A stretch of 63,360 bases of DNA, filler included. It is 20 parts of 20 records of this genome, joined end to end, with 100 filler letters (N's around TTAATTAATTAA, not from the genome) between each part and the next. Parts side by side here need not be neighbours in the genome. Positions count along the whole stretch, not along the records: positions 48,736 to 51,255 come from SRR36015645_75522; positions 51,356 to 53,814 come from SRR36015645_75614; positions 53,915 to 55,971 come from SRR36015645_75698; positions 56,072 to 61,017 come from SRR36015645_75951; 16 more parts are not named here. One strand, written 5' to 3'. A model generated the notes under the pieces. It saw nothing but the letters and a program-made list of their open reading frames with translations, was not told the DNA's origin and made no database searches. The stretch's first letter is position 1, and each line of letters opens with the position of its first letter. The position numbers were made by a program, and so were the translations under genes. Of this stretch, positions 48,860 to 61,117 are shown in pieces.

Positions 48860-51255
48860 GTACCCGTTGCCAAGAGAAATGCCGAAACCACAGACAATAA
48901 CCAAAGAGGAGGCAGTTGATGTCCTCAAAAACTTTCTTGGTGAAGTATTTGTAGAAAATGGTAGGCTTGCCGGACCAACGGCAAGGGTATGGTGTTCAGC
49001 GGCAAATCTTTTAATTCACAATTGCACAGCAACTGATCGAAGTCGTGCCCTCTACACTATGGTTCAAAAAGATCGGCTAAACATCCAAACAGACCTAAGA
49101 AAGCTTCTCCCCAATGGCTTGAATGCTAGCAGCGAGTTACCAGAGTCTGTGATTTATGACGGTGAAAGTGACGAAAGTTGTTTGGATTCAGATAGCGACG
49201 AAGAATCAGATAGTGAATATAATCCTACCGAATTTGGTGACGCTGCCAATCGGAAGGACTTCGTGATAACATTGTCTTCCAAGGAATGGGAAGAAATTGC
49301 ACCTAAATCCACCATATATCGACGCGATGAACCGGACCGAAAGTACTTAAAACATAAGAAATATACAGTGTTTAGCTCCACTAGATGGCGGGATGTATTC
49401 AGTGATGCTATCTGGCGGGGTTCTCACGTTCGGTGTGCCTTTATGTTCAAAAGGGCGAAAATTTACATGTCGGACAGCAACACTTTCCTGAAAATAAATG
49501 GATCGTGTCGTGAATGTAACGCTGCACTATTCATTAGTAAGCAATGTGCTCCTGTCATCGGTACACCAGTAAAATGCAGGTGCATTATTACCGGCTATGC
49601 AAATTCCTCGCACGCAATGAAACGCCCTTTGAGTGGTGATCAACGCCAAATGTTTGGGAAGAAACTTGTTGACTGCCACATGTCTGCATCGATGTTTCGA
49701 CGAAATCTGGCAGATGAACTGATGGATTTTCAAGATGATGAGCCAACAACACTGCCTAATAACACACAACTCAGGAGAGCTAAGCATGATGTTCTAGCCA
49801 AAACAGTGACTGACGCAGACCCATTATGGTCACTTTACCTTGATTACTTCAAGCAACCACTTTATGGATTAATAAGAAACATTGGACTAATACCATTTTT
49901 TTGCCATTACTATAGTAATGAACAATTAACAGTTTGGAATGCATATGCAAAACAATCACCATGTAGTCAATTGGCCCTTGATGCTACTGGATCTGTTGTC
50001 AAAAAGATCAGTCTACCATCTGGTCAGCTATCGCCACATCCTTATTTGTATGAATTGGTGACACAAGCACATGGGTGTCAGTTTCCGGTAGCACAAATGC
50101 TGTCTTGCAAAAATGACACTAGTGCAATAGTGTATTTTCTTTCGGCATTCGTGCGTGATGGTGGAGCCATTCCAAGGATTGCTGTCATGGATAGATCACT
50201 AGCATTGCTTGGAGGCTGCGCTCGTATTTTTGCCCTATGCGGCAGCCTCACTGACTACATAACAAAGTGTGCTGAGATTCTGTTTAACATTTCTGTTACA
50301 GCTAACACTGCAGTTCCAGGTTGTTTCCTGCGATTAGATGTCGCTCATCTGGTATGTTCAATTTCTCGTTGGAGTTGCTTTAAATCACTTAGGCAAAAGC
50401 ACAAAGAATTCTACATAAGATCAATATGCCAGGTCGTGCAATCAGACCATCTCCAGGACATTCGGGAAATTACATTGGCAATTGTCACATTAGCCTTAAG
50501 CGAGACTGATGGAAACCAAAGTACCGCTGAAAATTCAAGAAAGTTTCTGCAAAATAGAATATCAACACTGGTCGAGTATGAGCCCATGGCAGAACCAACA
50601 GAAAGAGACACAAACACGGAGCTAAACACCAGTGATGAACCTTATAATGAGTCACAATATGTCAACCCATTTCAGATCTGGTTTGATGATATTTGTAGAG
50701 AGATTCAAGAGACACTTCCTACAAACACTACAAACACATCAGGGCGCTTCGACAGCTGCTTATATTTGCCAGCAATCATACCAGTTATGAGAAAACTCTA
50801 CTGCCAGCTACCACTATGGAGCGGCGTAATGATACCAATATTTGGTTATGGTTCACCAACAGCCAGCAGTGCATGTGTGGAATCGGATTTCTCAGACTTG
50901 AAATGTCGTGTCTTTGAAAATGAAAGTTTGCCCATAAGAGTCGATCGGTTTGTACGCATCCATGCAAAATCCATTTCAGGAAGTTTAAAGTTAGCTGCCG
51001 CAGGAAGAAACAGAGAATCTGTGATGAGCACTACTGAGAATGCAACCGGCTCAGCGTCTGTTGATAATCCTGTCTACTCGTTGTCAGCAGTTTCGACACC
51101 ACAACCACGAGACTTATCCCATGAAGAAGTAATGGAACAGGATATTCGAGCTGCAGGTCTAACATCAAGTGTAGCAAGAACAAATATTTGCGATCGTGTT
51201 GTCATAAGTATTCCACTGAAAGATATTCGCCAATTTAACAGTGACAATACTTTAC
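48860..51255 (+). mobile_element. MULE-superfamily NOF-FB/Rehavkus-like transposase, 3'-truncated, probably spliced at the 5' end
   Basis: LDATG, PVAQMLS, VMDRSLALL, LDVAH and ACVESDFSDLK give a D-D-(DxxH)-E pattern. A tttttacttgtAG acceptor lies just before 48860. Confidence 0.7.
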
Positions 51256-51355
51256 NNNNNNNNNNNNNNNNNNNNNNNNNNNNNNNNNNNNNNNNNNNNT
51301 TAATTAATTAANNNNNNNNNNNNNNNNNNNNNNNNNNNNNNNNNNNNNNNNNNNN

Positions 51356-53814
51356 CATGATACGTATGTGGAACTACGTGTTGATGCAGAAGATGGCATC
51401 GACACTGAGAAGGAGGATGCGTACATTCAACAAGAAGTTCAGCGTCTTAAAACTGCGAAGGACACTTGGATCGAAAATTCTGTTCTTCGCCTTGAACAAA
51501 CGTGCGAACGACAGGAAGCCATCTACAATAGCGTGTTACGGCGGCTAAAGGATATGACTGTAAGCGACAAATCATTACAAAGTGGTCATGTTGAGTCTTT
51601 GTCTTTGTTACTGAAGGACCTGCAGTTATGTAAAGACTCGTTGGACAAAGCGTATGCCAACCTCATGATGAGGCTCGAGGGTGATGCGCTTACCACCGAA
51701 TTTGACAAAGCTCAAAAAGTTAATGACTCATTCTACGCTGCGAAGTTTGATGCGAATAAGCTCATGGCCGCGAAAGTCCCATCTCCATATCCGCTCGGTA
51801 CTCACAGACGTACACACACGCTCGATCCGACTTCTGAACCGTTCGTATACGGCCCCACAAGTAGCGCATCTGGTGTCGATAACCAGAATCCCGTTGCGTA
51901 TGGAAGGGAAAATAATGACTCATTCACTGGTTCGGCGTACGGCTCAGGTCAGGTTAGGATGGAACGCATAAAACCTCCGACATTTGATGGTAGTCACCGG
52001 AATTACCTGGAGTGGAAACGACGGTTTCAAGCGCTTGTAATTCCTGGGAGAAATCCGACCGAAGTTTGCCAGCTTTTGTGGGAAGTAATTCCGCAGAAGC
52101 ATCGTCATCTGTTGAGTAACCTTGGGTTGGATGATATAGCGGGAATGTTCGAAGTGTTGGATAAGCAATTCGGTAGCCCTGCGTTCACTGTGAGTACCAT
52201 TGTTGACGACATAGAATCGTTGAGCATGCCTCGTGATAGTAAAGGCATCATCCGTTTTGTGGAAACAGTAGAGCGTGCTGTGGTCGACTTAGAGGTGCAG
52301 AATGCAGCTGCTGAAATAAAAAACACTACTGTGTGCAGACGCTTAGAACGTAAACTTCCCGACAAATATTATGAGGAGTGGGTAAAAACTGTTGCAGAAC
52401 TCGATACACTTGCGGGGATTGATCGGTTTGAAAAACTCTTTGCTTTCTTGCAGAAAGTAAAGAGACGTGAAGAGTATAAGTCGACCGATCCGGCTAAAGT
52501 TGTGTCTCAACCCACAAAAGTGGCTTCCTCAAAATTCAGTGAATTGTCATTGGGTAGTGAATCAGTTGGTCCACCCCAAAATACTTTCTCAAGAATTTGT
52601 AAAATTTGTGCTAAGGCAGAGCATCCACCTTGGAAATGTAAAACATTTCAAACTATGTCTGTTGCAAAACGTTGGTTTATTGTACGTACAAAGCGTCTTT
52701 GCATTTTGTGTTTAGGCAGTGGACATATGGCATCCAACTGCCCGGCTTCACATAAGGTAAAATTGTGTAAAAATTGTGAAAAGCCACATAATGTTATGTT
52801 GCATGGTGACAGTGACACGAACAGGTATGTAAACTCATCAGCCAAGAAAAATAACGAGGCCTCGGCCAGAGGTAACGAAGGTGATACGTCCCCTAAACCG
52901 TTTCCATCAACAGCTACAACACAAATTTGTAATGGTAGTACATTATCGTCAATTGGTGGCCGAGAACTCCCGTGCATTATGATGATGCAATTTGTAACAC
53001 TTCGTGATGGAACTGAGGAAGGTGTCGTGTTCGACCAGTGTAGTGATACTTCATACATAACATTTGATCTAGCTACGAGACTTAAACTACGTGGTGAACG
53101 GTGCACCCTAAGTATTAGTGGAATTGCTGGTTTGAAAACAGAAATTGAAACATATAGGTACATTGTGAAGATTAAGACGGTCAGCGGAAAGTGTAAAGAC
53201 TATGTGATGTATGGTCTACAGGAGGTAGCAAGGGTTTCTAGGCATGTGGATCCAGAAGTCCTTCTCAAGCTTTTCCCTGGCTGTTCACGTGGAGATCTTC
53301 GAAGGCCTACAACGATAAGCATGATGATATCGTTACAAAACTCTACCAGCATCCCTGCACCAATTCAGCATGTTGATGAGTTGACTCTTTATCATGGAGT
53401 TCATGGTTATGTGGTCGGTGGATCGCATGAAAAACTCGATGAAGGGATGTCTTACCTAGTGGAATCCAGTAACACCCACTTGGCATTCACGGCTGTTACC
53501 ACTACTTACCATGAAAATGCGCATTCGTTTCATACAACGTCAGCCTCAAACAAGTCCGTTCAGGAGCTGGTCAAGCATTTTTGCTATGATCAAATCGGAG
53601 CAGCATGTACGCCTGCATGTGGGGGTTGTAGTTGCGGCGGATGCCAGACAGGTGGCAAGCTTATGACACTCAAGGAAGAGAGTGAGCTTGCTGAGATTGA
53701 ACGTGGGCTCTATTATCGGCCTAATGGAGATAACCATTCACCACAACCACATTGGGATTGCAAGTATCCATACACAGTTGACCCTCAGCTGCTTCCCAAC
53801 AATTATGGTGCTGT
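51356..53814 (+). mobile_element. Second BEL/Pao polyprotein (gag + protease), partial, paralogue of 10777-14965
   Basis: Long near-identical peptide blocks (GQVRMERI.PP.FDG.HRNYLEWKRRFQALVIPGRNPTEVCQL, VVFDQCSDTSYIT, CTPACGGCSCG) with many synonymous changes and an insertion of about 40 aa in gag. Confidence 0.92.
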
Positions 53815-54678
53815 NNNNNNNNNNNNNNNNNNNNNNNNNNNNNNNNNNNNNNNNNNNNTTAATTAATTAANNNNNNNNNNNNNNNNNNNNNNNNNNNNNN
53901 NNNNNNNNNNNNNNCCAGGTTTTCAAGGTCAGTGGCAACCCTGTTTATTGGTTGACAAGCAAAAGTATCCAACTGTAATTATTTCGATTTTTCTCTATTT
54001 ATGTGGCAATATCAATCAATGGCTTATATAGTGAGGAAATTTAAAACAAGGCAAATGTTTGCAGCAAATACAAATCTTATCTTTGGTAACTTGAAAAAAA
54101 TTATATAAATATAATGTTAAATATAATAAGAGGCTTCTTTGGTTCAAGCTGTGCTTATTGTATGACTAGCATGATACAATGAGAATCAACTATGTGTAAA
54201 TATGTAAGTGCTATATTTCTATTGTCAAAATACCAATCAAGTGTTAAGATAATAATTCGGCCTTGAAACGGGAATTCACCATATGTGATATGACATAAAT
54301 TATTAGCATTAAATTCAAATAGCTTCCACACCAGTTTCCCGTACAACAGTTTAGTGCGTAGAAGCTGTGCAACAAAGTTAACAAATATCGTTTTAGATAC
54401 AATATGTGCAACCAAAAATATGCGAACATTAACTTTCTAAACCACTAAATATTAAATAAAGATTTTTACACATGGGAATCGGTGGCACTTGAATACTTAT
54501 TTAATAATTGCCAAGCTAAGTCACTTCGAATAATAAAACAATTAGCCTGTAGTACGTTGCTAAATACATGTACACTTATATTAAGCACAAAATATACAAA
54601 TTGCATATTTTAAACATTTTGTACTGTACCGTTTTGTACGTCGAAAGTGGGACATTTGCTATGTAATCACGAGTCGTG

Positions 54679-55220
54679 TTACCTTTTTGCAGGTAACGTT
54701 TTGTTTACGTGACGTACTTCCAGCTTGCCCTTTTCATTACACACAAGCTGCGGCACGGCTACGTGTCCACTAGTTCTGTACGTGCCGCCGAGAAAGCCGT
54801 TCCGGAACGAGCCGTCGACATGTTCCCGTGCACTCGCCGACTCGTTCGTGCGCATCCCCGACTCCGTCACTCGCGTTGATTCGTAACGGCGATTCGAGTT
54901 GACTCCTGGTGTGTCGTACATGCTTTTCGGGCGCGGAGTCGAGGTCGACACACCGTGGTAGCTCGATGGCAACACGGTCGACAGCCTCGAACTCTGCGCA
55001 TTTCTCAACCACTCGCGCTGCTTGTTTAGTTGCTCTTCGACTCTTGACTGGTTGCCACTGTGACGTAACCTGGTAGACAAATCATGGCTAACGGGACTTG
55101 AGAGAGCATGAGAAGCGTGATTTACGACAGAGTTACGTGACGTCATCTCGGCGTCGTGCCGATTCATATATTGTGTATATCGGTTGCGTAAGCCTTCGTC
55201 CGTAGTCGGTGATGGGTTGC
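54679..55220 (-). CDS. Putative terminal coding exon of a host gene, product unknown
   Basis: Strong ttttcttttctgtAG acceptor before 55220. The GC-rich frame is open to TAA at 54679 and followed by AT-rich 3' sequence. A possible 47-bp upstream exon lies at 55519-55473. Confidence 0.5.
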
Positions 55221-56071
55221 CTACAGAAAAGAAAATCAACCTATAGTTTATGATAATATATTTAATGACGTTTAGGCAAAAAAATACAATTTATAAATAA
55301 ATGTGCAATGAGTAAATAATGGTTCTTTTTAAGTTCACATATACTACTAACTAGTATTGTATGCATCTATTACGTCACACTATGAGAAATACGTTGACAG
55401 TTGGCTCACTTTTCGCTTTCATTGTGTTGCACTAATGGCTGTATCTGTGACTGAGTTGCGGGTGAAAGATACCTGTCACAGGTGGGACCAAGATGAGACC
55501 GGCACCTGGGCAGATGACACTAAATAAAATAGTCCGTTTGAGAATCGGACCAACCGAAAACTAGCCAGTCATCACCATTTTCTAAATACTTGAACAGGTA
55601 AATAGGTTCCGTAAAATAAATTTCAAATTAAAATAACATTTTTGTAACCCCAAGAAGGCTACTTATTTAAAAAATCTGTGAATATAAATTTATTTCGGAC
55701 ACCAGTTTCTGACACTCGCGACAGCAGAGTTTCGAAACCACAAGATCAGCCTCTTGTTATCGAGAGTTTTTGCCATTGAGACGTAGACCTTGAAAACGTC
55801 GTCTTTAGACAAGGTTTTCAACCACAGGACTGGACAATCATATGTGTCGAGAATGTTTGCAGACATTAATTTCAAAGGTTTCGATTCTGACAGATAGGCC
55901 TAGTACTTGTTGCGGTGTTACCTCAGCAGAGATGGCACTGCGTAACCTTTTTCGACTGGGTCACTGGGTCCNNNNNNNNNNNNNNNNNNNNNNNNNNNNN
56001 NNNNNNNNNNNNNNNTTAATTAATTAANNNNNNNNNNNNNNNNNNNNNNNNNNNNNNNNNNNNNNNNNNNN

Positions 56072-56123
56072 GTTTAATTTTACTTTGGAGGCCATTTTTA
56101 CAAAATTCTAATATGGCGCCATC
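56072..56123 (+). repeat. Left inverted repeat (at least 52 bp)
   Basis: gtttaattttactttggaggccatttttacaaaattctaatatggcgccatc equals the reverse complement of 60965-61017 except for one indel. Confidence 0.95.
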
Positions 56124-56286
56124 TTATCCACTCATGGGCCCCAAATTGTCCCCTATTTATTGAACTAAAAATAAAGAACTAGTGATTTTGACTCTACATG
56201 ATATCTAAGCTGTTTCATTCACGTTTTTACTTTTTTAGAATGAAGACGACTGATTGACAACATCCTTTTCTCAGAATAACGCCATC

Positions 56287-59200
56287 ATGGACGCTTCAAG
56301 GGAGAAGAATAATGATGAAGAACTATGCCTGTTGTGCGCAACGACATTGTCAGTAGGGCCAACAGTGACAGTAACAAAGGGTCTTGAAACTATAATCAAC
56401 AGCAGTCGTCAACGAAAGGACGAAGTTGCTGAAAAATTGAAGGGACTGTCATCAGTTTGTGTGCATGTGGCCTGCCGACAAACCTACACTCGAAAGACAA
56501 GTATCGCATCATCGACTAATCCTTCTCCAAAAAAGGTGAAGCCACTCAGGTCATCATTAATGCCATTTGACTTTAAACTCCACTGTTTGTTCTGCGGTGA
56601 TGACTGTGATAAAGCTAGCGATCTAAAGCGACCTTTGAACAAACGTGATATTTTTGAGGTCAGAAGTCTATCCAGCAAACAGTCAATACTAAATGCGGCA
56701 TCAGCTCGTAACGATGAGTGGGGCCACAACGTCAGCACCCGCTTAAATACTGCCATTGACTTAGTAGCAGCTGAGGGAAGATATCATCACAGTTGTTATA
56801 AAAAGTTCCTCAATATGCCTTCAGCAAAGAAAGCAGCTGGTCGCCCGCAAGATGATGACCTAGCAATGGCATTGGAACAGTTGTTTTCCTACCTGAGAGA
56901 AAATGACGAATGTCAATATTCACTGGATGAGCTACTTCGTTTGTTAGAAGAACATCTTCCAAGGCCTGCCAATGTATGCACCAAAAAAACGTTGAAGAAA
57001 AAGCTCATAGATAACTTCGGTGAAGACATCATCATAACAAGTCTCCATGGAAAGAAAGCAGTTGCTTGTTTCAGAGACACAGGCTACAAGCTACTGAGCA
57101 GTTCTTGGTATGAACGAAAGTCTGCTGATCCTAAGGAAGAGCGCCTAAGGATTGTTAAAATGGCTGCAGCAATCATTAGGGAAGATATTCGATCAATGGC
57201 GTATGAAACCGATGAATATATTCCTGCAGATACAGCATTTACCACTGTACAGAATGTTGTTCCAGAAACTCTTAGTGAGTTCATGACTGATGTCACAATA
57301 AAGCGAAAGAGTGGAAATGACGACAACAACAGAAGAAAGTGTGCAGTGATCAACCATGCCATTATTTCTGCAACCAGGCCAAAATCATTTTTGTCTATGA
57401 TCCAAGCTGGCCTGTCTTTGTATATACATCGTCATGTTGGTTCACGCCATCTTGTTGATATGCTTTTTAATATGGGTCTCTGTGCTTCGTATACTGAAGC
57501 AAGAAGATATGAGGCATCTGCAATGTTGCAGGAGAATCCGTCGGTAGGAGCAGATGCATTTGTGCAGTTTGTCTTCGACAACGCTGACTTCAATGTGCGA
57601 ACCCTGACTGGATATGGGACATTCCATAGTATGGGAGGCATAGTGAGCATTACACCTGGAGATGCTGTGGTGAAAGAAGCTGTTATCAAGCGCATTGATA
57701 AACTTCCATCTGCTGCTACTGCCGCCATAGTGCGCAAGATAAAACTGCAGACATACATTGCTGGAAGTAGCACACAAGGAATTCGAGGGGTAACGATGGA
57801 AGACATTAATAAGATAAAGAGCTTAAACCCATCTAACGTAAGGAAAATGTGCCTGGACACAGTGGACACACTGTGGATAAGCGGGTCAGGGTTGAAGTTA
57901 CCCACAAACGTAAGCTGGAATGGCTACATGCAGTTGGTAACAAAGAGAAATATGGACTTCCAAACTTCGAAGGTGATTGTCTTACCTTTCGTAAACCTGC
58001 AGCCTACAAGTCTTGATGCAATTTACTCAGTTCTCGTGTATGCCTTGGATGAGTCAAGACGCCTTGGTCAGCAAACGTGTGTTGTTACATTCGATCAGCC
58101 TTTATACGCAAAGGCTGTCGACATGGTGGCTGCATCAGGAACAGATGGCGTACTATCATCTCTAGTAGTTCGTCTTGGAGGATTTCACCTTCTTATGTCA
58201 TTCATGGGCGCCGTTGGATACATAATGGGTGGCAGCGGACTTAAAGATATGTGGTCCCTTATCTACGCAAGTGACTCCGTTGACAAGATGATGACAGGCC
58301 ATGCATATGCTAGAGCTCTGCGTGCTCATTACCTGACACAGGCAGCATTGGCGGTCATTTTTCTAAACTGCATCGAGCTAACAGATGACAGTCGTGATAA
58401 TATTCGTTGTTTGTATGAAACCTTAATAGATGAAAATCTATCTGTTGACGATATACATAACAATCCTGTACTGCCTGAGATCATGGAAAAGGTAGAGCAT
58501 GTACGTATGCAGGCTGTGAGTGCTAGTCGAACAGCAAAACTTTGGGTTCAATATTTCGATCAGGTAACGCTGATGCGACAGTTTGTGCATGCTGAACGCA
58601 GCGGAGATTGGTTACTGCACATGGAAACAGTTCGTAAAATGATCCCTCATTTCCATGCTGCTGGGCACTTGGCATATGGAAAATACTCTCACATGTATCT
58701 TCAGCAGATGTCGCATTTGGACGAAAAGATGACGGCAGAAGAATTCCATAGATTTACTTCTCTGGGCAACTTTACAATCCGACGCAGTGATAAGTTCTGG
58801 GCAGGCGTTTGGAGTGACATGACCATAGAGCAGGTTTTGATGCGAGCAATGAAAACGTCTGGAGGACTGACTCGAGGTCGTGGAATGACGGACAGCACGT
58901 TGAACCGATGGGTGCTAGGTATGCCTGGTTGTGCCGAGCTGATTTCTGCCTTCGAAGAATTCTGTGGCACTTCCTTTGTTTCTTCTGAGCAACATGTGGA
59001 TCTGAGGAAGTCTCGTCAAGCACGTGATAATCGTGACATAGATCAACTGAGTGAATGGTTATCAGACCATTCTCCATTGCCGTCCACGCCTGAACTGATG
59101 TCGATCGGTTCTGGTATTGTAGGTGATGATACCACCAACTGTGATTCTGCAGTAGAGATTGGCACTAATGCAATGAAAAGAATAACTGGAATGACATTAG

Positions 59201-60708
59201 GGGATGCCAAGCTGCATCGGAAAGATAGGGTCGTTACACTGGCGGCCGTAAGCAACAGTGTAAAGGTGAATGAACAAATTGTATCAGTCAATACGATGCA
59301 GTTGTTCAACAGGATTGTGTGCGTCATAAAATCTGATGAAGACTTCGCTTCATGCTTAGAATATGAGTTGGCTCCTCGCCCACTTTCACTGTTTGATGAA
59401 ACATCAATGAGGAAGACCGACAAGGCCACCATGTGTCGAGTTCTAGAAACATACACTGAGTATGCACAAACGTGTCCTAAAGATAGCATTTATGTACTAG
59501 ATGGCGGGTATCTACTACGACGGGTGGTGTGGCCCCAAGCTGGATCATACAATGATTTGTACAACACCTACGTCACTTATGTGCAAAGGCATTTCGGTGC
59601 AAACTGTTATGTTGTTTTTGACGGGTATGGCAATATATCTAGCACAAAGAATGTGGAGCAAACCCGTAGAGCCAAAATGATCCAGTCGACAGAAATACTG
59701 TTCACCGACGACATGCCAATTACCATTCGACAGGAACGTTTTTTGGCACATGGAGCAAATAAGACACGGTTGATTAAGGGCTTATCTACTCGTCTAGAAC
59801 AGGCTGGAATCAATGTAAAAACAGCAGAGAGCGACGCTGACACGCTGATTGTTCGCACAGCCATAGATCTGTCACATGGTGAGGAGAATGTGGTAGTTGT
59901 AGGAACTGATACCGACCTACTTGTTTTGCTTACAGAACTTTCTGAGGATGACAATCGTCTCTACTTCTTCAAGCCTGGCAGCGGGACAGTGTCTACAAAG
60001 GTGTATGATATCCAACACATCAGGAGCCACCTACCTGCAGAAATGGGTGGTAGTCTGCTCTTTCTGTACGCCATGACAGGTTGTGATACTACTTCCGCCT
60101 TGTATAGACAAGGAAAGCAGAAAGCATTCAAGTTACTTTTGAAGCGTCCTGATTTGAAAAAATGCGTAGACGTCTTCAATGACCCGTCCTCATCGCAAAG
60201 CTGTGTTACTTCTGCTGGAGAGGTGTTTCTATTGGCACTTTATGGTGCACCTGAGGCAGTAGTAACCCTGGATAAGCATAGACATCATTGTTTCATGAAA
60301 GCAGTGGCAAAGTGTCCGATAAACACTCAGCTACAGTTGGCTTCGCTACCACCGACATCTGCAGCCGCCAAGGAACATTCCATGCGTGTATTTCATCAAG
60401 TGCAACACTGGCTAGGTAATGATTTGGCAGCATCTGAATGGGGCTGGAGATTAGTCAACGGACAGCCTCACCCCATCCTTACTCAGAAGGCCCCAGCTCC
60501 TGATGCACTTTTGAAGCTAATTTTTTGCAATTGTAAGACTGGGTGTGCGCGAGCATGCGGTTGCAGGAAAGCTGGTATTCAATGCTCACAGCTGTGCATT
60601 CAATGTTGTGGTGGTGGTTGCACAAATTCAGAAAAGGTAGAAAGTATTGAGGAAGAAGAGCCCATGCAAGATTGTGACTGGGATAATCAGCAGGATAATG
60701 ATGTGTAG
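56287..60708 (+). CDS. Academ transposase with XPG/FEN1(PIN)-like nuclease and C-terminal Cys8 (CXC-like) finger
   Basis: Putative DDE residues FDNAD, FDQPLY and DMTIEQ, plus RLGGFH. XPG-like acidic motifs VLDGG, VVFDGY, ESDADT, TDTDL and GCDT. C-terminal CNCKTGC.RACGCRKAG..CSQLCIQC. First ATG is in gccatcATGg context. Confidence 0.82.
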   Translation: MDASREKNNDEELCLLCATTLSVGPTVTVTKGLETIINSSRQRKDEVAEKLKGLSSVCVHVACRQTYTRKTSIASSTNPSPKKVKPLRSSLMPFDFKLHCLFCGDDCDKASDLKRPLNKRDIFEVRSLSSKQSILNAASARNDEWGHNVSTRLNTAIDLVAAEGRYHHSCYKKFLNMPSAKKAAGRPQDDDLAMALEQLFSYLRENDECQYSLDELLRLLEEHLPRPANVCTKKTLKKKLIDNFGEDIIITSLHGKKAVACFRDTGYKLLSSSWYERKSADPKEERLRIVKMAAAIIREDIRSMAYETDEYIPADTAFTTVQNVVPETLSEFMTDVTIKRKSGNDDNNRRKCAVINHAIISATRPKSFLSMIQAGLSLYIHRHVGSRHLVDMLFNMGLCASYTEARRYEASAMLQENPSVGADAFVQFVFDNADFNVRTLTGYGTFHSMGGIVSITPGDAVVKEAVIKRIDKLPSAATAAIVRKIKLQTYIAGSSTQGIRGVTMEDINKIKSLNPSNVRKMCLDTVDTLWISGSGLKLPTNVSWNGYMQLVTKRNMDFQTSKVIVLPFVNLQPTSLDAIYSVLVYALDESRRLGQQTCVVTFDQPLYAKAVDMVAASGTDGVLSSLVVRLGGFHLLMSFMGAVGYIMGGSGLKDMWSLIYASDSVDKMMTGHAYARALRAHYLTQAALAVIFLNCIELTDDSRDNIRCLYETLIDENLSVDDIHNNPVLPEIMEKVEHVRMQAVSASRTAKLWVQYFDQVTLMRQFVHAERSGDWLLHMETVRKMIPHFHAAGHLAYGKYSHMYLQQMSHLDEKMTAEEFHRFTSLGNFTIRRSDKFWAGVWSDMTIEQVLMRAMKTSGGLTRGRGMTDSTLNRWVLGMPGCAELISAFEEFCGTSFVSSEQHVDLRKSRQARDNRDIDQLSEWLSDHSPLPSTPELMSIGSGIVGDDTTNCDSAVEIGTNAMKRITGMTLGDAKLHRKDRVVTLAAVSNSVKVNEQIVSVNTMQLFNRIVCVIKSDEDFASCLEYELAPRPLSLFDETSMRKTDKATMCRVLETYTEYAQTCPKDSIYVLDGGYLLRRVVWPQAGSYNDLYNTYVTYVQRHFGANCYVVFDGYGNISSTKNVEQTRRAKMIQSTEILFTDDMPITIRQERFLAHGANKTRLIKGLSTRLEQAGINVKTAESDADTLIVRTAIDLSHGEENVVVVGTDTDLLVLLTELSEDDNRLYFFKPGSGTVSTKVYDIQHIRSHLPAEMGGSLLFLYAMTGCDTTSALYRQGKQKAFKLLLKRPDLKKCVDVFNDPSSSQSCVTSAGEVFLLALYGAPEAVVTLDKHRHHCFMKAVAKCPINTQLQLASLPPTSAAAKEHSMRVFHQVQHWLGNDLAASEWGWRLVNGQPHPILTQKAPAPDALLKLIFCNCKTGCARACGCRKAGIQCSQLCIQCCGGGCTNSEKVESIEEEEPMQDCDWDNQQDNDV

Positions 60709-60964
60709 AAACTAAATATTCAGGTTAGTTTGAAGAACCTCCTGCATATCATGAGGTCACGAACTGTATGTCATTCCCTAGTCAGCAGCGCTATCTTTAA
60801 AGCAATTTTACGCAAAAACTGTGAAATAAAAAATATTTCCAGCTGCATATTCTGTCTTCTGGCAAAATTCTAATATAAATTGAATGGTTACATGACATAT
60901 TTTGGATGAAAAATAATTTTTTTTACGAGAAATTATGGTAAAAAAGCGGGTTTGCGACATTTTT

Positions 60965-61017
60965 GATGGCGCCATATTAGAATTTTGGTAAAAATGGCCT
61001 CCAAAGTAAAATTAAAC
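60965..61017 (-). repeat. Right inverted repeat (at least 53 bp)
   Basis: Reverse complement of 56072-56123. Confidence 0.95.
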
Positions 61018-61117
61018 NNNNNNNNNNNNNNNNNNNNNNNNNNNNNNNNNNNNNNNNNNNNTTAATTAATTAANNNNNNNNNNNNNNNNNNNNNNNNNNN
61101 NNNNNNNNNNNNNNNNN

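Larger units (their letters stand above)
56072..61017 (+). mobile_element. Academ (AcademX-type) DNA transposon, near-complete, bounded by inverted repeats
   Basis: A 52/53-bp inverted repeat at both fragment ends encloses one ORF of about 1470 aa with transposase, XPG-like nuclease and Cys8 finger regions, the described AcademX architecture. Confidence 0.82.

Noticed and set aside
53915-53943. TGGCAACCCTG, a possible MITE terminus (reverse complement CAGGGTTGCCA)
   Set aside because: Only about 29 bp at a fragment edge, with no partner end or TSD to support a call.
55690-55971. Coding-looking sequence at the end of fragment 18
   Set aside because: There is no long open frame or recognisable motif on either strand.
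60520-60630. Tesmin/LIN54-type CXC host gene
   Set aside because: The Cys cluster is the tail of a transposase-XPG ORF flanked by inverted repeats.
25396-61017. Co-location of helicases, nucleases, RTs and integrases as a multi-gene system or giant virus
   Set aside because: Each gene sits on a separate fragment and matches an independent eukaryotic TE family. No capsid, polB or packaging ATPase motifs were seen.
2041-61117. Regularly recurring TTAATTAATTAA as a biological repeat or CRISPR-like array
   Set aside because: It is always centred in N padding with a fixed 100-bp length, which marks it as a synthetic six-frame stop linker.
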